A DNA stretch of 64,000 nucleotides from the human T2T-CHM13v2.0 reference genome, Homo sapiens. The stretch lies in the NCBI RefSeq assembly GCF_009914755.1, contig NC_060941.1; one strand, written 5' to 3'. Below the pieces are notes generated by a model. The model saw nothing but the letters and a program-made list of their open reading frames with translations. It had not been told where the DNA came from and ran no database searches. The position numbers and the translations under genes were made by a program. Below, one piece after another: positions 1-15,665 of the stretch. Each line of letters begins with the position of its first letter. Within the stretch, counting starts at the first letter, position 1.

Positions 1-563
1 TTGCCCTTTTCGCCCAGGGAGCTGGAGGTGTCTGAGGATGGAGGTGTTTTAGGTGGGTGCCTGGGCAGAGGGCCTGTCTTCCCATCAGCAGGGACCACCT
101 GGCTCCCAATATAGACAGCACTTCTTATGTGACAGCCAAGTAGAGACAGTTAGTATATTTCTGTAAAAACAAGCTTCAGCCCTGCAATCACCCACATGCC
201 CTCCTGGTCAGCATCTGAGCCCCGATAGTGGCTGCAACTCACACATGCACACGCTCTTCCTCTGCCCCACCCCTCCCTGGGTCCCTGGTAGCCCTGCTAA
301 CAGTTGTGCTAAGCATCCTCTCTACCGATGCAGGATCTCAGGCGTGTCATGGGAACGGGCTCCAGCGTTCAGCTGCTCCTTTCCTGCCCAGGCACCCCTG
401 GCTCTGCTGTGTCTCGTCCTCCTTGGGAAGGCTCCCCCCGGCCGTCCCCTAGCTTCCCTGTCCCCCTCCTCTGCCACTCCATCTTCCCAATGATCCCCTG
501 GAGCACCATTGCTAAGATTTAATGGCCCGCTCCAAGATCGGTCCCGGCCCTGTGCGTACTTAC

Positions 564-697
564 TCTCCACGGTGAGCGTGATGGGCTGGCTGGTCTTGTT
601 ATCCCCGTTTTTGTCGTTAACAGCCTGCACATAGTAGCGACCTGCGTCAGGGGCCACCGTTGACAGGATGACAAGGGTGTTCTCCAGCGTGATGGCT
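564..697 (-). CDS. SDK2: Sidekick-2 coding exon 5 (134 nt), second half of Ig2: (I)[44 protein letters not shown]
   Basis: Acceptor cttcccag|AGCC, donor GAGA|gtaagt. DAGRYY motif and an NKT sequon. Matches ORF 322..657. Phase 2 in, phase 1 out. Confidence 0.96.
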
Positions 698-1262
698 CTG
701 GGAAGAGGAAAAGGATTCCTCTGACAGGGGCCTAAGGGGCTCTGAACCTCCAGGGAGTGGGAGTGGAAACCCTAAGGGGGAAGCCCGACCATATCTCCCA
801 GTCCCCAGCCTCCCAGGGCCCCTCCTGCCACCCCCTCCCCAACCTCTTACTGCCTACATCCCGCCACGTTTAGTTTGCAGAGAATGCTAAACACGGTGCT
901 GATGCTGTCAACCAGACCCAGAGACAGCACGTTCATGCCCAGACGCCGAGGCCACCCAAAGGAAGCTTCCCTGGCCCCTACCCCAAGACTGGGCAAGGGG
1001 CTTCCAGGTATCCCCTTGGAATTCTGCCCTTTCCCAGGTCACAGCCTCCATGGCTGTGTGTGGTTATTTCTGCATGATGTACATCCAGACACTGAAGAAA
1101 TGTTCTCAGCATGGATTAGTGAATGTCGGTGAATGAATAAGTAAATGACAAATGAATGCTAATGAATTTAGAAATGCAGGGCCATTCCAGAGTCCATGCC
1201 TTAACCCTAATCCTAAATCTGTTCAGGATTGATGGACTCAAAGGCCACAGGTCACCTGGTGA

Positions 1263-1909
<647 letters not shown>

Positions 1910-2583
1910 GGAGTTTCTACCTCTTTGAAGCTCATAACCAAGAGTGGGACTAGGTGGGCTGGTTAGGAGGGAAAAAGAGGCTGGTGTGTTTTGGGGTGTG
2001 GTGATGGGCTGTTTACCTCAGCTGGTTTCCTTTGCTGGGATCCCATCATGCAGCCCCTTCTCAGGCCAGGTCTTCTGGCAGGGAAAAGGGGCTTGTCCAA
2101 GCAGGAAGCTGGAGGCTCCATGGAATGTGGGTGCAATGGAGCCAGAAGCGCCACCCACACCGGCTCTTCCTCCCTCCACCCATTCTCCCAATGACAAACA
2201 AAGCCATTAGTTTGTCAAGTATATCTCTGGATTTTAATGCGATGGGCCTGAGACAGCTGTTAAACATCCTTAATGTTAGTTTAACAAGGACAAATCCAGT
2301 TGAATTCTTTTCAAATTTTCCCATTAGGTGAATGTTACAGAGTTTTAAACAGGCTCTCAAATAAACATCCCCACTAATGCTTCTCCAGCCCAGCACTCTC
2401 CCAGCCCGGCTGTGCTGGTTTTCGCCCCACTCTCTCCTGGTTTTGGTGCTTCACATGCTGAGAATCACACTCTTGGCACAGCTCTGGGAAGCAGGAAGCC
2501 AAGCCCTCCTGCCCCCAATTCCTGGGTACCCTAATGATGCCCCCCCACCTCTTTTTTTTTTTTTTTTTTTCTGGAGAGCTCTT

Positions 2584-2926
<343 letters not shown>

Positions 2927-3641
2927 TTAACCTCCAGCTAATGAGGCAATAGGAGGTGGGGCCAGAGCCAGGCGAAAATATTTCAAAAGCTTAAAATAAG
3001 ACAGGGATAGTGGTCATTTTCCCACCTGAGAGTTTCCTGCAGAGACTTGTCCTTAGGTATAGCATGTGAGGGTGGCTGAGAGTTGGAGGAGGGGTCCTCC
3101 CCGTGCAGGGCTCTGGCTGGGGCACGGGGTGAGCTCTGGAATGGAGCTCTGGCCCTAGCCTCTAAAGGGCATGCAGCTTCCTCCTTGCTGGGCCTCAGTT
3201 TCCTCCTCTGTGCAGGGGTGGAAGCAGGTATTCTGTGAGATTTCTTCCAGCCCAGAGGTTGAAGGATTCTGATTCCTGTTGCTGCTTCTGTTGTTTCCTC
3301 ATTAGGCCCAAGATAGCCCTGCAGCCCGCCACCTGTCTCTTCCCACCCCGCAGACCGGGACATGGCCAGCTTCAGGGCTGACAGGATTTTCATGAGCACT
3401 ATGTGCCGGGACCATGCCAGCCCAGCTCCCCCAGCCACGCCATATCCATGACTATCATAGAAGCAGCTTCAAGCCTCCAGTGGGCACACTGGGCACAGCT
3501 TGGCCCACGTTCCAGTTCACCCACCTGTCTTAGGACCCTTTTGGTCTCCAAGAAGTCTCCCACCTCCAATTTCATCTCTTTCTTGATCAGGAAGGCTCCT
3601 TTCACTGTATTTTGTCTATATCATGATCAAGCTTTCTGGGT

Positions 3642-3845
3642 CAGTGGTTCTCAACAAGGGTTGACTTTGCCCTCCAGGGATGACAATGTCTGGACAACTT
3701 TTGGTTGCCAGCTCGGGGAGCGCCACTAACAATAGGGGTCAAGGCCGGGGGTGTTGTTAAGCACACATCCCGTGGTGCACAGGAAGGCCCTCACAGGGAA
3801 GAGTGATCAGGCCCCAGATGTCAAGAGCGCCATGCCTGACATGGT
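3642..3845. mobile_element. MER20-like hAT DNA transposon fragment
   Basis: CAGTGGTTCTCAAC...ACAATGTCTGGACAACTTTTGGTTGCCA resembles the MER20 consensus. Confidence 0.65.
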
Positions 3846-4169
3846 CTGTCCTAGGTAGAGTGTATATTAAGATGGCAGAGATGGCCGCTGCCCACCTCAG
3901 TCTCAGGCTTCCCTTGTGTCATGGACTGCAGTGGCTGGGAAGCCAGAGACAGACTTTGCATCTCTGCTTGCATCCAGGTGGGGCAGTGAGGCTGAACTAG
4001 TGGGATATGGAGGAAGGGATGTGCACCGTTGCTAAGCTTGGACCATGAGCGCCTCCTGCGCGATCCTCATGTCTGCCCCCTTTCTCTCTGGCAGAGCAGG
4101 ACAACTTGGAAGGTTGTGTGCTGATGATGGCAAAACTCCTGCCTCTCATCATGGTAGGACTTTAAATGG

Positions 4170-4482
4170 GGCTGGGCACGGTGGCTCATGCCTGTCATCC
4201 CAGCAGTTTGGGAGGCTGAGGCAGGTGGAACGCCTGAGGTCAAGAGTTCAAGACCAGCCTGATCAACATGGTAAAACCCTGTATCTACTAAAAATACAAA
4301 ATTAGCCAGATGTGGTGGTGCATGCCTGTAATCCCAGCTACTGGAGGCTGAGGCAGGAGAATTGCTTGAACTTAGGAGGCAGAGGTTGCAGTGAGCTGAG
4401 ATCGTGCCATTGCACTCCAGCCTGAGCATCAAGAGCGAAAATCCATCTCAAAACAAAAACATAAACAAAAACAACAACAATA
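4170..4482 (+). mobile_element. Alu (AluS-like)
   Basis: Full dimeric Alu, A/C-rich tail, TAAATGGG duplicated at both ends. Confidence 0.92.
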
Positions 4483-5989
4483 AATGGGCAAGAACTCAAC
4501 TTCTATGGTGTGAAGTCACTGAGATTTTGGGCTCTGCTTTAACTAGTGCCTGGAGGGAAGCACCCTGGACTGGGACCCCCAGGGCCTGAGTTCAAGTCTT
4601 AAACACAGAGTGGAACAGGAGGCAGAGATACCTTTTGACTTGCCCTCTCTGCGACCCCCAAAGGCAGTGAAGGAAGGTCCCTGGGCTTGTGGCTCTCTCC
4701 AGAATGTCCATCTCGTTGATAGACATTCCTGGGATGATGCTGTACTGTACTGTACTGGGTGCTCTTCCTGGCACTCAGGAGGGCTTCCAACCTGCAGCAC
4801 TGCACCCCAGAGGCAACCCAGATGGAAAGAAGCTGGAGGAAGAATTCTTGGGGGACACAGACAGCAGAATTCAACTCTTGGGCAGGGGCTGGATTCCATT
4901 TTTCAGCCACACCCCCTGGTTTCAATGTACTAGGCTTTTGCTATGGCTCTGATTGGCCCAGCCCTGCCCTCCCTTCCCCCCACTGCTCCTGTTAATCCAG
5001 GCCATTTTTCTCAGCTCCCTGCAGCCCCCATTGATAATTTAATTATGCATGAAATAAATTATCCTAGAATGTGTCCAAAGCCCCCAGCATGCATCTTTAT
5101 GAGGAATCTTGTCTCCTTTGCAACAATGAGCACCGGGGCATGCGTGAGGTGGTGCTAATCTCTGCTCTTGCCCCACCAGTGAGAGCGGCTCTCTGTAGAT
5201 AGCAGCGCCTTCTGTGCCCTGCACACCCCTCTGGCAGATAGCACTCATCAGATGTGTATCTCTGACACACAGACACCAGGGAATTTGCTGCCAGGGACCT
5301 TTTCTGCTCACTTATGAATATTAATTTGCTGTAATTGCCAGGATAAAACCCCCAGAGTGTTCTATCATGTAGGTGGTAGGAATATTGCGGTGGTGTGCAG
5401 GGGCTGGGGGTGTGTGTGACCAGGGAGGTATGCATGTGTGTGCAGGCCAGGGTGTTCTGTCCTGGTGCCACAGGGTTGTGGGAATTAAAAGAGGATGAGG
5501 ACAGAGGCTTGGAATGAGAAAAGGAGGTGAAGAGGTGTTAGGAAAGGGATGATGGGAGTAGGTTGTAGAAAGGGTTTCACCCACCACAACAAATGTAGCA
5601 GGAAAGTGCCAGCACACCCCTCACGCAGCCATGGCAGACATTGCTAATCAATCATGATATTCATTCTAATGAGTCTAGATGGGACATCAGAATCCTTCTC
5701 AACACAGTGTTCCAGGCAGCCACTACCAATTGATTGGCTTGCAATAGGCCATGGGAAATAACCTCAGAAAGGGAGCTGGGATGGGGCTGGGACTCGTCTA
5801 CTTGTCCCAAAACCTGTGTGGAGAGCATTCCCCTTCCACAGCAAAATCTCAACATCCACGCTAAGAAACATCCATGCTAAGAACCATTCTCTGCTGGTTT
5901 TATTGAGCATTAAGTTAGGCCTAAGAGGGCACACTCTGACTCACACAGCATGAGTCCCCTGTTAACCTGGGGTGCCACTCCAATTCTTC

Positions 5990-6677
<688 letters not shown>

Positions 6678-6680
6678 TAG

Positions 6681-6800
6681 CATGGTGGTTCTTAACCCTG
6701 GCTTCACATTAGAACCACCTGGGGAGCTTTTAAAATTTCTGATGCTCAAATTCCATCCCATTTCAATTAAGTCAGAGAGTCTTAGGATAGAGCCCAAGGA
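6681..6800. mobile_element. MER5-like hAT fragment
   Basis: GGTTCTTAACCCTGGCTTCACATTAGAACCACCTGGGGAGCTTTTAAAA is typical of MER5A/B. Confidence 0.7.
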
Positions 6801-6808
6801 TCAGTACA

Positions 6809-7170
6809 CAGTCACGCACTGCATAATGTTTCAGTCAAAAACAGACCACATATATGATGCTGGTTCTATAAGATTATAATGAAACTACCTTATACAGGTG
6901 TGCCATTAAAAAAATCTTTTACACCATATTTTTGTGGTACCTTTCCTATATTTAGATATGTTTATTTATACAAATACTTACCATTGTGTTACAATTGCCT
7001 ACAGTACAGTAACATGCTGTACAGGTTTATAGCCTAGGAGCAATGGACTACACCATACATCCTGGGTGTGTAGTAGGCTGCACCATCTAGGTGTGTGTTC
7101 ACACAACAATGAAACAGCCAAATGACACATTTCTCAGAATGTATCTCTGCCATTAAGCAACACATGACTG
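6809..7170. mobile_element. Tigger3-like (MER7-type) non-autonomous DNA transposon
   Basis: Terminal inverted repeats CAGTCACGCAC... and ...CACATGACTG followed by TA. About 360 bp with characteristic TATAGCCTAGGAGCAAT internal sequence. Confidence 0.8.
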
Positions 7171-7619
7171 TATCCCCAAACTCCCAAATGATTTCAACAG
7201 GTAGCTACGTTGAGATACTCCATAGGGCTTGTTCCCCACAAACACTATCTTTTCATCGAGTCTGTGAACCTGTTTTCAGGCACTTTTCACATAATACAAG
7301 AATTAAAGAACCTGACTCCGGAGTTGGCAGGGCTGGATGCAGCTCCAGTGCTGACCAGCTGTGTGAGATTTGGCAAAGTAGTTAAACTTTTGGGAACTTC
7401 ACTTGATTGCCTGTAAAACGGGGAGAAACCCAGCACCTCACCGGGTTGTTGTGAGGGTCATTCATTCAACAACGCCTCCTTTCTGCAGGTGCTCTGCGGA
7501 CTGGAAGGAGAACGAGATTGAGAGCATCTTCTTCCTCACAGAGTGTGGCTGTCCGGAAAGAGAGGGGATGTGTGTGGTGTGCTTAGCTCAGTCCTCAGGA
7601 CATAGCAGCCATTCAATAA

Positions 7620-8099
<480 letters not shown>

Positions 8100-8851
8100 T
8101 AGATCAGAAGGTGGTCTTCTGGAAGCAGGGGAGAGCTGGAGTTGGAAAGAGGAGAGCCCCAGCTGCCTCCAGACCCGGGGGTGGCTCAGGAGGGCGGGGA
8201 GACGGGTGTATCTCGGGAGGAACTGCTTTGTTGCTCGCCTTCTGCGGAGGTGTGGGGTGTTGGCTCCATCCTCCTGCCCACAGGCTGGGCTGCCCCAGCC
8301 AATCCCAGGGGGCACACAGAGACGGCCTTGTGAACACTCAGAGGCCTGTGTGTTTCTCTGCCCAGGGCTTCCCTGGCCACACCTCCGCCGCACAGCCAAG
8401 ACACACACAGCCCTCACACACCAGTAAACACCCTGCCAACGGACGCGCCCAGGGCCTCCCGGCTGCCCAGGAGACGCCAGCCTCTCCAAGGTCCCCCAGC
8501 GCCACTGGCCTGAGTCCTGGGCCTGTAACCACGGTGACAGCGCCTTCGTATATGCCTGTTTGGGTTTTTTAAGTGCTCTGAAAAGCAGATTTATTCTCCA
8601 GCTGATGGTGGAGGCAACGCCCTGGGATTCCCCAGGAAGGGGACCGGGCATGGGTTTCATGGTCCCAAGTCCTTGCCTGTGCATCCTAAGAAAGCCCCTG
8701 GGAGGTCCCCTACCTGGCTGTGTCCCACAGGAGCTGAAAGGGGCTTCTGCACAAAGGCCCTCCTCCACACTCAAGGGAGACTTTATCTGGCCCCAAACCT
8801 CCTCCCCCAGACACCCCTCCCCTCCCCGTCCCCTCAGAGCGATGCACTCAC

Positions 8852-8999
8852 ATGCGGCTGCTGGGCGGGATCTTGCGGCCGTCCCGGAACCAGGTCACCT
8901 GTGGCTGGGGGAAGCTGGCGATGCGCGGGGCACGGATGACAGCTGCTTCTCCGTGGGAGACGCTCTGGTGCTTCTCACCTTCCTCAAAGCTCCCCATGT
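8852..8999 (-). CDS. SDK2: Sidekick-2 coding exon 4 (148 nt), first half of Ig2: (Y)[48 protein letters not shown](I)
   Basis: Acceptor ggctgcag|ACATG, donor CGCAT|gtgagt. Ig motif [11 protein letters not shown]. CpG-rich relative to its flanks. Phase 1 in, phase 2 out. Confidence 0.96.
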
Positions 9000-9229
9000 C
9001 TGCAGCCGGGACAACGGCAGTAGGATCAGGGGCGGGAGGTCAGCCTCAGGGACTGCCCAGCTCCCAGGTTGGGAGTGGTGGCTATGGACGGAAAATTCGG
9101 GGCAGACAGGATGACCACAGGGAAGGAGGACACCTTGCTCGGGCCACCCCATTCTCTGCCTCACCACTAGCACCCTGCCCTAAGCTACTGTCTCCATTCA
9201 TATCCCTATATCCTTCAATCGGCCAGTTC

Positions 9230-9400
9230 GTTCAACCACCCTGAGAGGTTGGTCATCATTTCACACATTTTACAATGGAAAAAACTGCTCAAATGGGCTC
9301 CGAGAGGTTAGTTAACTTGTCTAAGGTCACCTAACTAGGAAGAGACAGAGTCAGAATTTGAACTCGGACCTTAAACCCTGGAGTCAGGCTATGTAGCTCC
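9230..9400 (-). mobile_element. MIR fragment
   Basis: CATTTTACA...GAGAGGTTAGTTAACTTGTCTAAGGTCAC MIR core. Confidence 0.7.
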
Positions 9401-10167
9401 TCCTCCCCTGCCCTACAGTGTGCCCTTCAGCATGGCGGGGGTTCCTGTGTGAGGTGAAGGGCAGGTTTCTGTGCCCTTTCAGGGAGAGAAGTGTGGGCAT
9501 GCTGAGAGAATGGGGTCTTAGATGCTTGCAAATGGGTGCAGACAGCGTTTCTCTCCTGCGCCTTGGGTGTGTAGTGTGTAGTGTGTGAGTTTGTGTGTAT
9601 GTGTGAACATAAATACCATATTGCTCTTTTAAAACATGCCACTGCCTTGGCAGATAAGGAGGGGAACATTTATCCTGGCTCTGCCTGCCAGGAGGTAAGC
9701 ACAGAGCAGAGGAGACGCGGGTAGGAAACTCTTCAGCCAGCCTGCCGGCCTGCCGGGGCGGGACAAGGGGGTAGGGAGACTAATTCCAACACGGAGGCTT
9801 GGAGATAGGGTTTGGGAAGGGGTATTTGTGTCTCTACCACACCCTTGAAAATTAATGGACATCCCTGTTACTTTGATTGTGGCCCATGGGCAGGTGCCTA
9901 GGCACCACACCTGGGCACCTGTCAGAAATGCAGAGTCTCAGGCCCCCCAAGACCTGCTGGATCAGAAGCAGCATTTTAGCAAGACGCTTGGCAAGTGTGT
10001 CCATGTTCAACTGGGAGGAGCATATTATTTGTCCCAAACTTGACTGTGTGTCGGAACCACCTGTAGAATTAAAAAATGCTGATGGGAGCCTCACCCCCAA
10101 AGCTTCTGATTTCACTGGCGTGGAGTGTGGGGATGGGAGACATCTCACATCATTCCATTTTCTTTTC

Positions 10168-10596
10168 TCTTCCTTCCTTCCTTCCTTCCTTCCTTCCTTC
10201 CTTCCTTCCTTCCTTCCTTCCTTCCCCCCTCCCTCCCTCCCCCTCCCCCCTCCTCCCCTCCCCTCTCCTCCCCTCCCCTCTCCTCTCCTCTCTTTCTTTC
10301 TTTCTTTCTTTCATCTCACTCTGTAACCCAGGCTTCAATCAGCCAAGTGCAGTGGTACAATCTTGGCTCACTGCAACCTCTGCCTCCCAGGTTCCAGTGA
10401 TTCTCCTGCCTCAGCCTCCTGAGTAGCTGGGATTACAGGCACCCACCAGCATGCCCAGCTAATTTTTGTATTTTTAGTAGAGATGGGGTTTCGCCATGTT
10501 GGCCAGGCCGGTCTTGAACTTCTGACCTAAAGTGATCTGCCCGCCTCGGCCTCCCAAAGTGTTGGGATTACAGGTCTGAGCCACCGTGCCCAGCCT
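10168..10596 (-). mobile_element. Antisense Alu whose tail has expanded into a (TTCC)n/(CCCCT)n/(TTTC)n microsatellite
   Basis: Pure pyrimidine tract ~10160-10312 directly followed by the Alu body. Confidence 0.88.
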
Positions 10597-10911
10597 ACAT
10601 CACCCCAAGCCATCACTAGGATGTGCCTGGACCTGTGCACAGAATTCCCACGTGCAGAAAGATTTCACACTGCTGACTTTAGGCCTTTGTTTCCCCATTG
10701 CCTAGCAGATCCCTCCCTAACCAAGGGGGCCGCATCCTAAGCTACCGGGTCCCCTCCTACTGCATTGGGTGTTATTTCTCAACTCCTCTAAGACCACTGA
10801 CTCTTCTTCCTCTCCTTCTACCAGGAATTCTCCAACCTGGCTGCACTTTAGCAACCTTGAGGACCCTTTAATATTCCCAGAGGTGAGAATCTTTTGGGGT
10901 GTGTGGGCTGA

Positions 10912-11189
<278 letters not shown>

Positions 11190-11668
11190 AGACCTGAGTA
11201 TTTCTAAAGATGTTCAGGTAGTTCCAACGTGAGCTAAGGCTGAGTTGGGTGGGTCTCAGAATCTCCTGAGACTTGGCAAACTCACAAAGGTGCTCACCAC
11301 TCTCCTTCCCTCCCAGGCATCCCCCAGGGCACAGAAAGGCCCATCTGGCTCTCTGAGTACCTGATTCACTCTCTTGGTTTGCAGATTCTGTCACACAATC
11401 GTTTGAGAATGCGGGCCTACAAGTTCATTTTCCAAAGCCCTAGTCTTGATTCTCTTTCCAGCCGTGCTGGCCCCTTGGCAGCTTCACTTGGCCTAATGGT
11501 TTGACCACAATCTCCCTGCAAATGACACTTGTGCCTTCTGCTCTGGCTCTGCCCTGAGCTCTGAGATCCAATTTCCAACAGTCTGTTGGGCATTTCTCCA
11601 AGGAGGGCCCTCCGTCACCTCCTTGCCAAGCTCTCCTTGCATCCTAAGTTCTGTTAAAATCTCCCCTT

Positions 11669-12019
<351 letters not shown>

Positions 12020-12639
12020 CTAAGCTCAAACCCCTGGAGCCTTTGGTGGAGCTTCCCTTCCCTGCCCCCACCAAGCCTTTCAACTTCTCTGGGACATTAC
12101 TGTCATTTACCAAGGTCCCTCTGGTTCCTCCAGCCTTGCCAATGGGCTGGCCTTACTCCAGCTGCACAGACCCTGGGATATGCCTCCCAACTCCAGATCC
12201 CCTTCTGTCCATCTTACACACTGTTCTTGATTAGTTTTTCTGACCTTGGAGCCTTTGGGAACTCCTCACTGCCCTGGGAAAGTCTAAATTCCCTGGCCTG
12301 GACTCAAGGTTCTTCCCTAATCTGACCCTAGACAACCTTTCTTGCCTTAATGCCCACACCACGTCCTGCCACCTCCCACCCCACGGCCTGTATTTTGGCT
12401 GGGCCACTGCCTGGAATGCCACCAGAGGAAGCCAAGAGTCACCAAGGCACCATGGTTCTACAGCATCCTGGAAGGATGTAGTCAATTAAGTGTTTCAAAA
12501 GATCAAATCTGCTGCTGGCATCCTTGTTCTATACTTGGTAGACAGTGTGTGTAATGGTAATGGCTTTGGAGTTTTTTAGACCTGACTTCAAATCCTAGTT
12601 CTGTCGTTCCATTACTCATTAGCCATGATGCTGGGTAGA

Positions 12640-12772
12640 TTTCTTTCTTTTTTTTTTTTGTAGAGACACAGTCTCGCTATGTTGCCCAGGCTGGTCATGA
12701 ACTCCGGCCTTAAAGCTCTCACCTCGGTCTCCCAAAGCATTGGGATTACAGGTGTAAGCCACTGTGCCCAGC
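12640..12772 (-). mobile_element. FLAM/Alu monomer inside a MIR
   Basis: Single-arm Alu sequence with poly-T; MIR core on both sides (~12550-12880). Confidence 0.75.
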
Positions 12773-12885
12773 TAGGACAAAACTTTTGACTTTGTCAAGC
12801 CTTAATTTCCTCTTCTATAAAATGGAGTTAAGAAGGGCTCCTTCCTCACAGATTGTACTGAGTATTTCATGAGATGATATGTGTA

Positions 12886-13458
12886 TGTCAGGCTGTGTCT
12901 CTCCAGGGATGGCTGCATCAATATTTTGCTACTATTCACATACTCTTTTTACAGTATGATGGACATTCCTCTCACTGACAGATGGGGCACAGGTCAATTC
13001 CCCTTGAATCTAGGGACCTTGTGACTATTTGACCAGTAGAATGTGCAGGAAGTGATGCCATGTGACTTTTGAGACTAGGTCATCGAAACGATACAGCTGC
13101 CACCTGACTCTCACTCTCTATACTCGCCCTTGGAATCCAGTCACCATGTTGTGAGGAAGCTCAATCTAGCCGAAGCAGATGTGGGAGCAGCCCACATGGA
13201 GAGGAACTGAGGTCAGATGACAGCCAGCACCAACGCTGGACATGTGAACAAACACGTGCGCCCTGAGAGGACTTCAGCCCCAGCCTTCAGCCCCAGACTG
13301 AGCCTCAACTGAGGCCTCAGTCATCCCAGGATAGAGTCAAGCTGCCCTTGCTATTCTCTGTCCAGATTCTAGAGCCACAGAATCTGTGAACATGATAAAT
13401 GATTGCAGTATACCATTATGTTTTGGGGTAGTTTGTTACATAGCCATAGAAACTAGAA
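12886..13458 (+). mobile_element. MLT1-type MaLR solo LTR
   Basis: GAAGTGATGCCATGTGACTT, CACCATGTTGTGAGGAAGC, CACATGGAGAGGAACTGAGG and TTTTGGGGTAGTTTGTTACATAGC are MLT1 hallmarks. Confidence 0.8.
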
Positions 13459-14559
13459 GAGTATATAAAAGTGTTAAAAAATTGTATCTAATATTTGTAG
13501 TGTTAAAATATTGGAAGCCTACATATTTTTCACAGCTTAGTTTAAACATCACCTCCTCAATGAAGTTTACCCAAAACCATTCAAATAGAATTCAAAAACA
13601 GAGCAGTTGAGCACTTACCCTGCCAAGAACTTCTTTCTAGGTAGATTTCCCATGATCCTTACAATAACATGACAATCTCAATTTAAATAAATATATGTTT
13701 TTAGTTGTTTATTAATTTCCATTACTTGGCTCTGTCTATAAAAAATTACATCAATGAATCACATTGATTTCAGTTCTTAAAATAATTTTATCTACTTAAA
13801 AAACTTTTCACAGAACTCAGAAGATATATTTGAACAATTTAAAGCAATTTTATGGTAATAGTGTTTCTTTCTCCTCTCTAGTTTTATTAGCTCCATTTTG
13901 CTGGTGAGGAAATGAAGGCTCATGGAGATCGAGTGGCTTATGCAGCTGTGAACACTGAGGGCCAGGTTCAGTCCATGTTCACCCTGGCCCTCCCCATGCC
14001 ATCCCTCCCTGCCTCCTTCCTGAGTCGCATCCTGCATTGCAATCCTGCATACACATTCTTTATCTCTTTCTATAGATGCTAAGCCTTGAGAGGCAGTCAC
14101 ATTCAGAAGCAAATCCTGACAAGACATCTGGGCCTGTGCCCTGCACACAGTACTTTCTAAGTTCACTCAATGCCAGCATTCACCACTTCCCTATGGAGCC
14201 CCTACTGTGGGCCAGGTAGGCTCTGGGGTAGGCACTGAAGGAAGACCTAATGCCTGCCCTCTTGGAGCTTCCAGTCTGGTCAGGGAGACAGGAATAAGTA
14301 AATCAACCCAAAAGCAAACGTTTGGTGATGTCTATGACAACTGTCGAAAAGGAGGGAATGAGGTTCTTCAGGAGAGGAATAGCAGGAGGACCTACTTCAG
14401 ACTGGGATTTAGGTGAGGCTTTTCTTAAGCTGAGTAGGTATTCCCTAGGGGTGTATATGGGAATGGGAGGGGAAGTACGTGAAGGCTCAGAGGTAGGAGA
14501 GAAGGGGTTCACAGAGGAAATAAAAGAAGGCCAGTGGGGCAGTGCCATGGATTTGTTCA

Positions 14560-15665
14560 GTGGATGGATGGATGTTTGGATGGATGGGGGGATGGAAGGT
14601 TGTATGGGTGAATAGGTGGATGGAGGAAAGAATGGAAGAATAGACAGAGGGATGGGTGGATGAATGGAGGAAGGGCAGAGGAATGGATGGTTGTATGTAT
14701 GTACATTTGTATAGTGGTATGGCTGTTGTATGTATATATGCTTACATGTATGTATGTTTGGATGGTGGGATGGATGGTTGTGTTTGCTTGTATGCCTGTA
14801 CGTTTATATGGTGGGATGGATGGTTGTATGTAGCTATGTTTGTATGCATGTACATGTCTGTATGGTGGAATGGATGGTTGTATGTATGTTTACATGTATG
14901 CATTATTGGGATGGTTACATATGCATGTATGCATGTGTCATGGGATAATGGTTGCATGTATGTATGCATGTATGTTTGTATGATGTGATAGATGGTTGCT
15001 TATGTGCATATTTACATGCACGTGTGCATGTATGGTGGGATGGATGGTTTTTTATGCACGTTTGCATGCATGCATGTTTGGTGGGATGTATAGTTGTATG
15101 TATGTTTACATATATGTGTACATGTATAGTGGGATGGTTGTATGTATGTACAAGTGTCTATGGTGGGATAGATGGTTGTATGTATGTACATTTACCTGTA
15201 TGTATGTATGGTGGGATGCATGGTTGTATGTTTATGTGCATGTGTGCATATGTGGTGGAATGGATGGTTGTATGTATGCATGTATATGTTTTATGGTGGA
15301 ATAGATGGTTGTATGCATGTATGTTTACATGTATGAATATATTTATGGTGGATGTCCATATATGGATGCATTTGGTGGGATGGTATATATATACACACAC
15401 ATACATGTTTATATGTATGCATATTTACATGTATGCATGTTTACATGTATGGATGCATGTGTGGTGGGATGAATGGTTGTATATGTTTGTATGCATGTAT
15501 GTTTGTATGGTGAGAGGGGTGGTTGTGTGTATGCATGTTTACACATATGTGCCTGTATGGTGGGACAAAGGTATCTACATGTTTGCAAGCATACACACAT
15601 GTATATGTGGTGGAAGGATGGTTGTATGTATGCATACACGTAAGTTTATATGGTGAGGTGGATGG
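14560..15665. repeat. Degenerate ~40-45-bp tandem repeat built from (TGGA)n and (TGTA/TGCA)n
   Basis: Recurrent unit ATGGTGGGATGGATGGTTGTATGTATGTTTACATGTATGC over about 1.1 kb. Confidence 0.85.

Noticed and set aside
322-563. ORF continuing past exon 5 (SKYAQGRD...)
   Set aside because: A strong gtaagt donor follows the exon; the extension is intron read-through with no support.
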